A DNA stretch of 64,000 nt, taken from positions 66,280-130,279 of the forward strand of contig CAKVOP010000001.1 in the NCBI GenBank assembly GCA_934793215.1. Direction: 5' to 3'. A program made the position numbers and the translations under genes. Origin of the DNA: an uncultured Clostridia bacterium. Its GTDB lineage: Bacteria; Bacillota; Clostridia; Christensenellales; UBA1242. Numbering within the stretch: the stretch's first letter is position 1; each line of letters begins with the position of its first letter. Below are positions 46,351 through 55,814 of this stretch, piece by piece. The notes under the pieces were generated by a model. It saw nothing but the letters and a program-made list of their open reading frames with translations, made no database searches and had not been told where the DNA came from.

Positions 46351-47831
46351 TGATATATTTAAATAAGCACACCCCCGCCAAAGCAAAGACAAAAGAGGTT
46401 TCAATATCTTTTGCACAAAAGGATACTTTGGCAGAAGACCTAAAAGAGGGAAAGGGGGAACTTGTATACAACATCACAATCAACAAGGGTGCTTTGAGAA
46501 GTGGCCTTGGATTTGAAAATCTTGCTTCTGCCGTGGATACAGTCAATATAGACACCGAGGTGACATTGCCACTCCGCGGAAATCAAGTCAAGGCAATAAA
46601 TCAACTTTGTTGGCATGACGAAACTGATGATATTACGTCATATTACATTTTTTATTACAATAATGAAGGCTTGATTTGCTATGATGGACTTTATGAGGAG
46701 CGTCTCATTCCAAGCACTATACAAAATAATTTCACAGATATTCCTATTACGTTTCCTTATAAAACTAATGGCGTAGAATGCTTGGTTTTTTCTGGGAAAG
46801 GGACAACAGTGCTTATAGGAAGCGGTGGAAGTAGAACGCTCGAAAAGGTTCCGGGCATGCTTTCGTGCGTAAGTCATTATGGAATGTTTTTTGGAATTAA
46901 AATTCATACTCCGCCAAAGCTTATTTATTCACCAGTGACTGATCTCACAAAATGGGACGACACACTGGTTAAAAACCTTGACTTTACTGATGCAAGGGGA
47001 GAACTTACAAGGCTTGTTTCGTTTAATGACTATGTCTACATATTTAGAAATTATGGGATAACTCAACTTTCTAAATATTCTCAAGATGAAGAATTTTCAA
47101 TTAGTCATATGTATCAAGCCTGCTCTTATATAAATCCAAACACAATTTGCCAGTTTAAAGACGCAGTCTATTTTGTTGAAGATTGCACGCTTAAAGCATT
47201 TAATGGCAATAGCGTAAAGGATATAGAAGTTAAAAACTTTAAATATATGAAAGGTGTCACCAACACTGCACTATTTGGAACATGTTATAAAGGCAAATAT
47301 TACCTCGCGTGTAGATGCGATTTTGGTGATAACGAAGTTGTTGGTTGTGAGGGATATTCTGCAGGATATACAAATAATGCACTCATTTCTTACGACCTTA
47401 CTACTGGCGAAGAAGAGGTCTTACGAGGAGTGGATATAAATCAAATTATGAATTTTGTCACCCCTTTTAAGAGTAAACTTTTAGCATGCTTTAGAAATCA
47501 GCATATTGATAAAATAGGGCAACTTACTTCTAACGGAAAAATTTTTGGTCAATCCCTAAAAAGCAAGTTTGAGAGTACCTATACTGATTTTGGCACAAAA
47601 AGCGCCCGTAAAACGCTTACAAAAATCACTTATAAATGCAGTGGGAAAGTTGCATGTAAGATTATTTGTGATGGACAGGAAAAAACTTTCACACTTGACG
47701 GAAATGGTGTTATGAAAACAAAAAGATTGTCTTTGACTGGGAGAGAGTTTAAGTTTATCTTGACTGGAAACCTTGCACCAATAAATCTTGATGACTTTGT
47801 TGTGACGGCTAAAATTCGCGATGAAAATTGA
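46350..47831 (+). CDS. large beta-rich structural protein (candidate nozzle/tail stub or receptor-binding protein)
   Basis: TAATG stop/start coupling at 46348-46352. 493 aa rich in Gly/Asn/Tyr/Thr, suggesting beta repeats. No family recognised. Confidence 0.45.
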   Translation: MIYLNKHTPAKAKTKEVSISFAQKDTLAEDLKEGKGELVYNITINKGALRSGLGFENLASAVDTVNIDTEVTLPLRGNQVKAINQLCWHDETDDITSYYIFYYNNEGLICYDGLYEERLIPSTIQNNFTDIPITFPYKTNGVECLVFSGKGTTVLIGSGGSRTLEKVPGMLSCVSHYGMFFGIKIHTPPKLIYSPVTDLTKWDDTLVKNLDFTDARGELTRLVSFNDYVYIFRNYGITQLSKYSQDEEFSISHMYQACSYINPNTICQFKDAVYFVEDCTLKAFNGNSVKDIEVKNFKYMKGVTNTALFGTCYKGKYYLACRCDFGDNEVVGCEGYSAGYTNNALISYDLTTGEEEVLRGVDINQIMNFVTPFKSKLLACFRNQHIDKIGQLTSNGKIFGQSLKSKFESTYTDFGTKSARKTLTKITYKCSGKVACKIICDGQEKTFTLDGNGVMKTKRLSLTGREFKFILTGNLAPINLDDFVVTAKIRDEN

Positions 47832-47920
47832 AGTTAGATATTTCGTCCGTTTAGTAAGAGCGAGAGAAAAAGAAAGACTTTTTCATAAGTTTGAATCGTT
47901 CTTGCCAAAAGGAGAAATAA

Positions 47921-48148
47921 ATGGATTTTTGGAATGAACTTGTAAAGATCGTCATAAGTAATGGTGTTTTTGCGACACTCTTTGTTTTCTTGTTTTTCTA
48001 TCAACTTAAAGATTCAACACGCAGGGAAAAGGAGTATCGCACTACGATAGACAACCTTATGAAACATCTTAAAATTATTGACGAGGTGCGAGCGGAAGTA
48101 AGTGACCTAAAAGATTTAGTTTTGGAGAAACAAAATGAAAAGGTTTAA
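47921..48148 (+). CDS. BhlA/UviB family holin-like peptide
   Basis: NGVFATLFVFLFFYQLKDSTRREKEY parallels the remembered BhlA sequence QGPFAVLFCWLLFYVMKTSKERESKLY. One TM helix plus a charged helical tail. Confidence 0.7.
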   Translation: MDFWNELVKIVISNGVFATLFVFLFFYQLKDSTRREKEYRTTIDNLMKHLKIIDEVRAEVSDLKDLVLEKQNEKV

Positions 48149-48449
48149 AAATTATGGATTTTGGACTGCGCTTTCTGGTGCTCTCGTGCTGTTTCTTAAA
48201 ACACTAGGTGAAGCCTTTGGGTTTTCAATCCACCAAGAAACGGTTTCAAATCTTGTTATGGCACTAGCCGAACTTCTTGTTGTTTTTGGAATTGTTGTAA
48301 TGCCAAGAAACAAAGAGGATAGTTCGTCAACAGAAGAAAAAGGTGACGATGCTATCGGCACTGATGACAAACAAGAAGATAAAGAAAAAGTGGAAGAAAA
48401 AGAAGAAACTCAAGGCAAAAAGCCTGATGACGAGAAAGATAAAGAGTAG
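48135..48449 (+). CDS. phage holin (phiLC3 / Phage_holin_1-like) with a long acidic C-terminal tail
   Basis: MKRFKNYGFWTALSGALVLFLK...FG matches the KN..FW.AL.SA..L motif of this holin family. Overlaps the bhlA-like gene by 14 nt. Confidence 0.65.
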   Translation: MKRFKNYGFWTALSGALVLFLKTLGEAFGFSIHQETVSNLVMALAELLVVFGIVVMPRNKEDSSSTEEKGDDAIGTDDKQEDKEKVEEKEETQGKKPDDEKDKE

Positions 48450-48463
48450 TCTTTTCACAACTT

Positions 48464-48496
48464 AAAAAAGTCGGCACTTTAAATGCCGACTTTTTT
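48464..48496 (+). terminator. strong Rho-independent terminator closing the island
   Basis: AAAAAA-GTCGGCA-CTTTAAA-TGCCGAC-TTTTTT. Confidence 0.85.
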
Positions 48497-48738
48497 GTTT
48501 AAATGAGTTATGATTTAAAAATATAAATTTGTGCCACTCGTGCTCCTCAAATAATCCTCTCTTTTTTCACAGCGAAGCAAGCATATGTTTTTGATTTGCG
48601 TTTCAAATTCTAGATGAAAACTTGTTTTAAATTGCTTTTTTATGATAATTTAGATAAAAACGCCATAATTTTCTAAAAAAACTTGAAAATAATGTCATAT
48701 TTCTTTAATTATTTAACCAAATTTGTTAAAATAGCCAT

Positions 48739-50829
48739 ATGAAAAAAGTCGTAAATTATCGTCCACTATTTTTTATCTTTGTTTTTCTCCTTTGCGGAAT
48801 TATTATGGCAAGGAAGGTTTTTGACAAAGATTTTCTAGTTATTTCAATTTTAGTGTTAACGATAATTGCGATGGTAATATGGCTTTGCGTCGCGAAAAAA
48901 TTTAAAATTTTGTGTCTGCTTTTGGGCGTGTTTATTTTGGGAGGAGGACTATTCTTTGCTGGCAAGGCGTGCTATAAAGTAAACGAATACACGGGGCAAG
49001 TGGCAGTTGTTGGAAGAGTGACGGATTCTATTAAAGAAGGTGACCACTATTATAGAGTTGTTTTAGACGATGTTGTCATTGAAGGCAAAAGCGACAAAAA
49101 TATTTCTTTATACATAAGCGTTCGAGACGGCAAGACGGTAAAAGCAGGTGATAAAATTGCTTTTGAATCTAGCCTTGAAAGTGTTTCTCTTTGGACATTA
49201 AAAAATTTCAATTCATACTACTATCGCAATAATATTGGCTATGTTACTTCAATCAATTCAAGTTCGTTGGTTGTGATTGATGGTGGATTAAAACTTGACG
49301 AAAGCATAAGACAGACTGTCAAAAAAAGACTTGAAGATAATCTTTCAAAGGAAAATGCTGGACTTTGTTATGCACTTTTGTTTGGCGATAAAATTGAGAT
49401 TTCAAACGACACTCTTTTAAATTACAAAAATGCAGGAATAATTCATATTTTGGCAGTTAGTGGACTGCATGTTAGTTTTCTGTTAGCACTACTTCTTGGA
49501 CTAATGAAATTATGCAAGGTCAATAAATATGTTAGTTTTGTTTTGGCAACAACTTTTATTATATTTTTTGCCTATCTTTGCTCATTTACTCCTTCGGTTG
49601 TAAGAGCAGGACTTATGTGCATTTTCTTTATGCTTTCTCGTCTTCTAGGCAGAAGATATGACACGCTTTCTTCACTGGGACTTGCGGGAAGTATCATTTT
49701 ACTGGTCAGTCCGCTTACGGCATTTGACATTGGGTTTTTGATGAGCGTATTTTGCGTGCTTGGGATAAGCATGCTTTCAAAGCTTTTCACAAAAGTGTTT
49801 GTAAAAGCTATGCCATATTCCGTCGCCTCTGCTCTTTCGGTTTCACTTTCAAGCCAAATTATAACATTACCTTTTACTGCTTATTTTGGTGGAAAATTTA
49901 ACTTTCTCTCGCCATTTGTAAACTTAATCATTGTGCCTTTCTTTGGCATTCTTTTCCCTTATCTTGTGGTTGCGAGTTTTGTCAGTGCTATTTTGCCTTT
50001 TATGGGATTTATTCTTGCACCTGCTGGCTGGGGATTTAGTGCAGTAACAAGTGTTGTAAGATTCTTTGGAAACACAAGTCTTTATTTACCTATTGAAAAA
50101 GTTCATGTCACCGTGATGATAATGTTTTTTGTGCTTATCTTTGTTTTTAGCAAATTTGTGCTTTTGCCTTTTAACAAAAAATCGGCAGTTATTGGCACGC
50201 TTGCAATTCTTCTTTCTATTTGCGGACTTTTAAGTCCCCTTACGATAAAAAGTGACTTGCAATCAGCGGTTCAACTTTGTTCAAGTTCAAGTCCTTGCTA
50301 TGTCCTTACGTCATCAAGCGGAGAAAGAATGCTGGTTGGATACAATAGTTTGGTAGAGAATTATGCCAGAGAATATAACGCGAGAAAATTTGACTATTTT
50401 CTATCTTTTGAACCAATAGACGAAGAAGACACTTTGGCACTTGCCTCATTTGGTACAAGGCTATTTGTGGCGTGCAGTGGTGACAATTCGTGCGAAAACA
50501 CGATGTATTCATCTGCTGGTGAGTGTGGAGAATTTGAGTATGAATTTTTAAAAAGCGAAAATAAAATTCTTGGCGTGGGAATTAAGTTTGATGAGACAAA
50601 AATTTTTATTGCAACAGGGGCTAGCACGCGGTATAATCAAAAATATGAAGAGTATTTTGATGGATTTAAACCGAGTGTTGTTTTTGTGGGCGAAAATGAT
50701 GAAATCGGGCATGATTATGTCACTATCTCGCTAAACAAAAATGGACAATCATGGACTAGTTTTGAAGAAAATGGCAATATGAAATTTATATTTGAAAGCA
50801 TATTTGTGTACAAGGAGGCATTAGATTGA
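48739..50829 (+). CDS. comEC: ComEC/Rec2 family DNA internalisation protein
   Basis: Polytopic protein with the competence-domain motif GIIHILAVSGLHVSFL. Confidence 0.85.
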   Translation: MKKVVNYRPLFFIFVFLLCGIIMARKVFDKDFLVISILVLTIIAMVIWLCVAKKFKILCLLLGVFILGGGLFFAGKACYKVNEYTGQVAVVGRVTDSIKEGDHYYRVVLDDVVIEGKSDKNISLYISVRDGKTVKAGDKIAFESSLESVSLWTLKNFNSYYYRNNIGYVTSINSSSLVVIDGGLKLDESIRQTVKKRLEDNLSKENAGLCYALLFGDKIEISNDTLLNYKNAGIIHILAVSGLHVSFLLALLLGLMKLCKVNKYVSFVLATTFIIFFAYLCSFTPSVVRAGLMCIFFMLSRLLGRRYDTLSSLGLAGSIILLVSPLTAFDIGFLMSVFCVLGISMLSKLFTKVFVKAMPYSVASALSVSLSSQIITLPFTAYFGGKFNFLSPFVNLIIVPFFGILFPYLVVASFVSAILPFMGFILAPAGWGFSAVTSVVRFFGNTSLYLPIEKVHVTVMIMFFVLIFVFSKFVLLPFNKKSAVIGTLAILLSICGLLSPLTIKSDLQSAVQLCSSSSPCYVLTSSSGERMLVGYNSLVENYAREYNARKFDYFLSFEPIDEEDTLALASFGTRLFVACSGDNSCENTMYSSAGECGEFEYEFLKSENKILGVGIKFDETKIFIATGASTRYNQKYEEYFDGFKPSVVFVGENDEIGHDYVTISLNKNGQSWTSFEENGNMKFIFESIFVYKEALD

Positions 50830-51767
50830 AAACATTAAAACAAAGACTTAAAGAAGGGCTTAAAAATTGCTATATTATGAGCGGTGACGACTATTATCTT
50901 TATGAACGAGCATATGAGATGATAAAAAAAGTTGCCAACATTGAACTTGAAGATTTTAACCTTGTCAAATTTGACGATGAAAACTTTTCAATGAAAGGAC
51001 TTTTAGATTCGTGTGAAGTTATGCCTATGGGAAGCGAAAAGAGGCTAATACTCGTGAAAAACATAGTAAAAGTCACTGAAAATGATAAAAAACTTTTGGA
51101 AGACTATCTTGAAGCACCGGTTGAAAGCACTATTATTGTGATTTTTGATTATTTTGATAAATTTTCGTCAATCAAAAATTGTGAAAGGGTTGATTGCAAG
51201 CGTTTTGACAATAAGACTGCACTTGCGGTTATTGCAAGTGAACTTGAAAAGAAAGGCAAACAAATTTCCACAGAGGCTGGGCAAACTTTGCTTGATTACT
51301 GCAACGGATATTTGACTAGGGTAAACTGCGAACTTGACAAGCTGGCTTACTACGATATTACAAACCCTCTAATCACAAAGAAAATGGTTGAAGAACTTGT
51401 CAGTAAAGACACCGATTATGTAGTGTTTGAACTTACAGAGGCACTAGGTCAAAAAAATGCAGATAAAGCACTTAAAATTTTAGAAAAAATGATAAAAGAG
51501 CAGGGCGTTTTGGGGCTTATTACAAACCATTTTAGAAGACTTTTCTTTATTTCAATAAGTGACATGACCGACAATGCTCTTTCGGGGTTATTGGGCGTAA
51601 AGGAATATGCAATAAGAAAACAGCGCGAACAAGTGAAAAACTTTTCTAAACTTCAACTTAAAAAAATCTATGCTCTTTTAGAGGAAGTGGACTATAAGAT
51701 TAAAAGCGGGGCAATGCTTGCCGACACTGCATTAAACTACCTCGTATTGTCAATTTTGTATATTTAA
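50826..51767 (+). CDS. holA: DNA polymerase III delta subunit
   Basis: TTG start 7 nt after AGGAGG, overlapping the comEC stop. N-terminal CYIMSGDDYYL pattern and the canonical comEC-holA order. Confidence 0.75.
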   Translation: MKTLKQRLKEGLKNCYIMSGDDYYLYERAYEMIKKVANIELEDFNLVKFDDENFSMKGLLDSCEVMPMGSEKRLILVKNIVKVTENDKKLLEDYLEAPVESTIIVIFDYFDKFSSIKNCERVDCKRFDNKTALAVIASELEKKGKQISTEAGQTLLDYCNGYLTRVNCELDKLAYYDITNPLITKKMVEELVSKDTDYVVFELTEALGQKNADKALKILEKMIKEQGVLGLITNHFRRLFFISISDMTDNALSGLLGVKEYAIRKQREQVKNFSKLQLKKIYALLEEVDYKIKSGAMLADTALNYLVLSILYI

Positions 51768-51855
51768 AATGGCTTAAAAGTCTTATAAATGCTTTGTAAA
51801 AAGACTTGCAAATGCGGGGCAAAGTGTGGTAAGATAAATTTAGGAGAAAATAACT

Positions 51856-53169
51856 ATGTATAAACCCGTAGTGGCGGTGGTTGGCCGTCCAAATGTGGGG
51901 AAAAGCACCTTTTTTAACAAAATATGTGGAAAGCGAATCTCTATTGTAGATGATACTCCCGGGGTGACAAGAGATAGAATTTATGCCGATGCCGAATGGT
52001 GTGGGCATGCTTTTACTTTGGTGGACACTGGTGGGCTTGACTCTCAAAGTGACGATGTTTTTCAAAAAGATATTGCCCAGCAAGCAAAAATTGCTATTCA
52101 TGAAGCAGATGTTATAGTCTTTTTAGTAGACGGAAGGGTAGGGGTTACCCCAAATGATGAAGAGGTTGCATCTATTTTGCAACGTTCAAAAACTCCTGTT
52201 GTGCTGGTCGTAAACAAACTTGACAATTTTGAAGTTGAAAAGACTTATGAGTTTTATTCACTTGGGCTTGGCGATCCAATGCCTCTTTCTGTTATGCAAA
52301 GCAAAGGGCTTGGCGATGTTCTGGACGAAATAGTCAAACATTTTAAGGAAAGAAAACTGACTGAAGAGGAAGAAAAACTCACCAAAATTGCACTCGTTGG
52401 ACGCCCAAATGTAGGGAAAAGTAGCCTTGTAAATAGACTTATTGGCGAAACAAGAGTTGTTGTTAGTGATCAAGAAGGCACCACAAGAGATAGCGTTTTA
52501 GTTCCATTTAGGTATAACAAAAAAGATTATGCTCTTGTAGATACCGCAGGGCTTCGCCGTCAAAGGTCAGTGGAAAAAGTTTCTATCGAGGGCTATTCGG
52601 TTTTAAGAACGATGTCGGCGATTGATGAGGCAGATGTTGTGGCAATCGTTATCGACGGAAGCAGTGAAATAATAAGTGAGCAAGATGTTCGTATTGCGGG
52701 ATATGTGCACGAAGCGGGAAAACCTAGTGTGATTGTAGTGAACAAGTGGGATATTAAGTCTCGTAGCAAAGAAGACTATATGGCTCTTTTAAACGAAGCA
52801 CTTTCATTTATGAGTTATTTCAAAGTTATTTTTGTTTCCGCCCTTACTGGTGCTAGTACAGGACAAATCATGCAGATGCTTGAAGAAAGTTATCAAAATT
52901 CCTCAAAGCGTATCACAACTGGACTATTAAACGACCTTTTACATGATGCAATTCTTGGACATGAACCTCCAAGTCACAATGGGGCACGCGTAAAAATAAA
53001 ATATATTACGCAGGCTTCTTCAAATCCTCCAACCTTTGTACTTTTTGTTAATGATGCTAAACTTATTAATTTTTCATACAAGAGATACCTCGAAAACAAA
53101 CTTCGAGAGAGAGTTGATTTTACCGGCACACCTATAAGGCTAAACATTAAGGGAAAGGGGGACGAATGA
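51856..53169 (+). CDS. der: ribosome biogenesis GTPase Der (EngA)
   Basis: Two tandem G domains (GRPNVGKST and GRPNVGKSS) plus a KH-like C-terminus. Confidence 0.95.
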   Translation: MYKPVVAVVGRPNVGKSTFFNKICGKRISIVDDTPGVTRDRIYADAEWCGHAFTLVDTGGLDSQSDDVFQKDIAQQAKIAIHEADVIVFLVDGRVGVTPNDEEVASILQRSKTPVVLVVNKLDNFEVEKTYEFYSLGLGDPMPLSVMQSKGLGDVLDEIVKHFKERKLTEEEEKLTKIALVGRPNVGKSSLVNRLIGETRVVVSDQEGTTRDSVLVPFRYNKKDYALVDTAGLRRQRSVEKVSIEGYSVLRTMSAIDEADVVAIVIDGSSEIISEQDVRIAGYVHEAGKPSVIVVNKWDIKSRSKEDYMALLNEALSFMSYFKVIFVSALTGASTGQIMQMLEESYQNSSKRITTGLLNDLLHDAILGHEPPSHNGARVKIKYITQASSNPPTFVLFVNDAKLINFSYKRYLENKLRERVDFTGTPIRLNIKGKGDE

Positions 53170-53170
53170 T

Positions 53171-53965
53171 ATGGTTTATTTATACTTTGTTCTCATAGCG
53201 ATTGCAAGTTATTTGATTGGAACTATAAACTTTTCCAAAATTATTGCTTGGAATGCTAGACGAAAGGATATAACAAAAATTGGTTCGCATAACCCAGGCA
53301 CAATGAATATGCTTCGTTCTTTCGGGTTCGGGCTTGCCTTCACAACTTTCGTGGCTGAAATTGTTAAGTCGGGGCTTGTGTGCCTTATTGTAAAACTTAT
53401 TTTGCCAGCATATGGCGACCTTGTTTATTTCTTTGCAGGTTTTTTCCTTATGCTTGGAAATGGATTTCCTATTTGGTCAAAATTTAAAGGTGGCAAGTGT
53501 GTGGCATGCCTAGCTGGAATCTTCTTGTTTTCAAGTATTTGGTATGCTTCATTAGGCTGGTTTGTAGTTTGCTTTATACTTCTTATTTTTGTAGATATTG
53601 GAAGCGTGATATCGTTTTCGTACATTGGAGGACTTGCAATTTCTTACACGGTGTATGCATGGGTTAAACATATTCCTTATGCATGGGCAGTGACCGCTCT
53701 TATTTGGGTTATGTATTTAATTATGCTTGCAAAGCATCATGCTAATATCGGTAGACTTTTCAAAGGCAAAGAGAACCATGTGGGCTTTAAAGACAAACTT
53801 AAATCCTTCTTTTCTAAAAAGAAAGAAAAAGAGGAAGAGGTGGTCGTTGAAGATGGTCAAACAATGCCTGAAAATGAAATTGTTATTGATGACTCTATTC
53901 CAGCAAATGATGAAGACTCATTAAACGACGAAAAGTCTCGTAGTGAAAGTGATAAAGAAAGTTAA
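53171..53965 (+). CDS. plsY: glycerol-3-phosphate acyltransferase PlsY (with an acidic C-terminal extension of about 65 aa)
   Basis: GSHNPGTMNMLRSFG and FKGGKCVA motifs. The tail is rich in Glu/Asp/Ser. Confidence 0.9.
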   Translation: MVYLYFVLIAIASYLIGTINFSKIIAWNARRKDITKIGSHNPGTMNMLRSFGFGLAFTTFVAEIVKSGLVCLIVKLILPAYGDLVYFFAGFFLMLGNGFPIWSKFKGGKCVACLAGIFLFSSIWYASLGWFVVCFILLIFVDIGSVISFSYIGGLAISYTVYAWVKHIPYAWAVTALIWVMYLIMLAKHHANIGRLFKGKENHVGFKDKLKSFFSKKKEKEEEVVVEDGQTMPENEIVIDDSIPANDEDSLNDEKSRSESDKES

Positions 53966-54001
53966 ATTATACTCAAAAACATGCTTTATAAAATTTTGAA
54001 G

Positions 54002-54031
54002 ACCTTTCCTTAAACTGGGGAAAGGTTTTTT
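54002..54031 (+). terminator. Rho-independent terminator after plsY
   Basis: ACCTTTCC...GGAAAGGT hairpin followed by TTTTTTG. Confidence 0.75.
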
Positions 54032-54055
54032 GTTTTAAATTGAATTATAAATATG

Positions 54056-54084
54056 GCATAAAAGCATAAAAATGGGCATAGATT
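54056..54084 (+). promoter_or_regulatory. possible SigE-type promoter of spoIVA
   Basis: GCATAAA, 14 nt, CATAGATT against the remembered SigE consensus kmATATT-14-CATACAnT. About 20 nt upstream of the RBS. Confidence 0.35.
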
Positions 54085-54103
54085 ATGGTGTCACGGAGGA
54101 TTT

Positions 54104-55579
54104 ATGGAAAAATTTGAAATCTATGAGGACATCAAATCGCGAACTAATGGCGATATTTATATTGGCGTGGTTGGACCTGTTAGAGTGGGTAAAAGCACTT
54201 TTATAAGTCAATTTATGCAAAGACTTGTTGTCCCAAACATTACTGAAAAAAACGCGAAGGAAAGAACTCTCGACGAGCTCCCTCAAAGTGCGGACGGAAA
54301 AACAATCATGACAACTCAACCTCACTTTGTTCCCAACGAAGCGGTAAAAATTAAAGTTGCAAACGCTGAAATGAGGGTAAGGCTTATTGATTGCGTGGGC
54401 TATCTTGTGAGTGGAGTTATGGGGCACACCGAAGACGATAAACCACGGCTCGTTAAAACCCCTTGGTCTAACAAAGAAATGCCATTTGAAGAAGCTGCTG
54501 AATTTGGAACGACAAAGGTAATAGAAGACCACTCGACAATTGGTATTATGGTTACAACTGATGGCTCTGTTGCCGATTTGCCTAGAAGCAGTTATGTTGA
54601 AGCCGAAGAGAGGGTCGTAAAGAAACTCAAAGATGCTGGCAAACCATTTGTAATTGCCCTTAACTGCAAAAATCCACACTCCCAAGATAACAAAAAGTTG
54701 GCACAAAGTTTGTCTGTAAAATATGACGCACCAGTTATTCCAATCAATGCACTTGAACTTAAAGACGAAGATGTGGATAAAATTTTTGAAAATGTGCTTA
54801 TGGAATTTCCTGTTAAGTCAATTCAAGTAAAAATGCCTGATTGGCTTCGTGCACTTGACTTCAATGACGACATTATCAGTGAAATTACAAATGAAATGAG
54901 AAAGGTTGGGCAAGGCATGCTTAAATTGAGCGATGCAAATAAAAATCAAATTGCCTTTTCTGAAAGTACCGCTTTTGATCCAATCACTCTTTCGGTTATT
55001 GACGCTGGAAATGGAATAATCAAATTTAATGTCATTCCAAAGGACGGATTGTTTTATAAAGTTCTGTCAAAAGAATGTGGATATGAACTTGCCGATGATT
55101 TCGCACTTGTTAAATATATCAAAGAACTTGCTGTTGCCAAACTTGAATATGATAAACTCAAAACTGCCCTTGAAGAGGTTAAACAAACAGGTTATGGCAT
55201 AGTTGAACCTCGCAGAGAAGATTTGGAACTTGGCGAGCCAGAGGTTATTAAACAAGGGGGAAGGTATGGCGTTAAGATTAAGGCGTCTGCACCAAGCCTT
55301 CATATCATGAGAGTTGATGTAGAAACAGAGGTTACCCCTCTTGTAGGAAGTGAAGACCAAAGCGAAGATTTCGTTAAGAGCCTTCAAGAGCAATTTGAAA
55401 CTAAACCAGAAAGCATTTGGGATACCAACATTTTGGGGAAGAGCCTTTATTCGCTTGTTGGAGATAATATCAATTCAAAAATTATCACTATGCCAGTTGA
55501 GGCTCAACGTAAAATGAGAAAAACGCTTAGCAGAATAGTCAACGAGGGTAAGGGGGGAGTGCTTTGTATACTTCTTTAA
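54104..55579 (+). CDS. spoIVA: stage IV sporulation protein A (spore coat morphogenetic ATPase)
   Basis: MEKFEIYEDIKSRTNGDIYIGVVGPVRVGKSTFI Walker A N-terminus; 491 aa. Confidence 0.95.
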   Translation: MEKFEIYEDIKSRTNGDIYIGVVGPVRVGKSTFISQFMQRLVVPNITEKNAKERTLDELPQSADGKTIMTTQPHFVPNEAVKIKVANAEMRVRLIDCVGYLVSGVMGHTEDDKPRLVKTPWSNKEMPFEEAAEFGTTKVIEDHSTIGIMVTTDGSVADLPRSSYVEAEERVVKKLKDAGKPFVIALNCKNPHSQDNKKLAQSLSVKYDAPVIPINALELKDEDVDKIFENVLMEFPVKSIQVKMPDWLRALDFNDDIISEITNEMRKVGQGMLKLSDANKNQIAFSESTAFDPITLSVIDAGNGIIKFNVIPKDGLFYKVLSKECGYELADDFALVKYIKELAVAKLEYDKLKTALEEVKQTGYGIVEPRREDLELGEPEVIKQGGRYGVKIKASAPSLHIMRVDVETEVTPLVGSEDQSEDFVKSLQEQFETKPESIWDTNILGKSLYSLVGDNINSKIITMPVEAQRKMRKTLSRIVNEGKGGVLCILL

Positions 55580-55622
55580 ATTAATTAAAGAATGTTAAAA
55601 TGATGAAAATATGCAAAAAAAC

Positions 55623-55650
55623 AAAAAAGGCTTAAAAAAAGCCTTTTTTT
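55623..55650 (+). terminator. Rho-independent terminator after spoIVA
   Basis: AAAAAAGGCTT-AAAAA-AAGCCTTTTTTT. Confidence 0.7.
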
Positions 55651-55814
55651 GTTAAATTAAAGTAATTTTTCGTGTTTTTCATTTAAATATTTTACAATGT
55701 GAAAATTTTAATTTTTTATTCTATCTCATAAAGCCATGTTTTAATTAAATGGTATTACCAAAATAAGCCGGCTTTTTGCTTTGAAAAGTTGTTAAAAAAT
55801 GCTATCATATATTC

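Larger units (their letters stand above)
41114..48449 (+). mobile_element. phage-derived head/holin gene island (no integrase, terminase large subunit, tail or lysin recognised)
   Basis: Ten co-directional, tightly coupled ORFs with phage structural and holin character. Bounded by a divergent ABC operon on the left and a strong terminator on the right. Confidence 0.6.

Noticed and set aside
54083-54706. 207-aa ORF on the minus strand
   Set aside because: It is entirely antisense to the confidently identified spoIVA. It has no RBS and a low-complexity translation typical of shadow ORFs.
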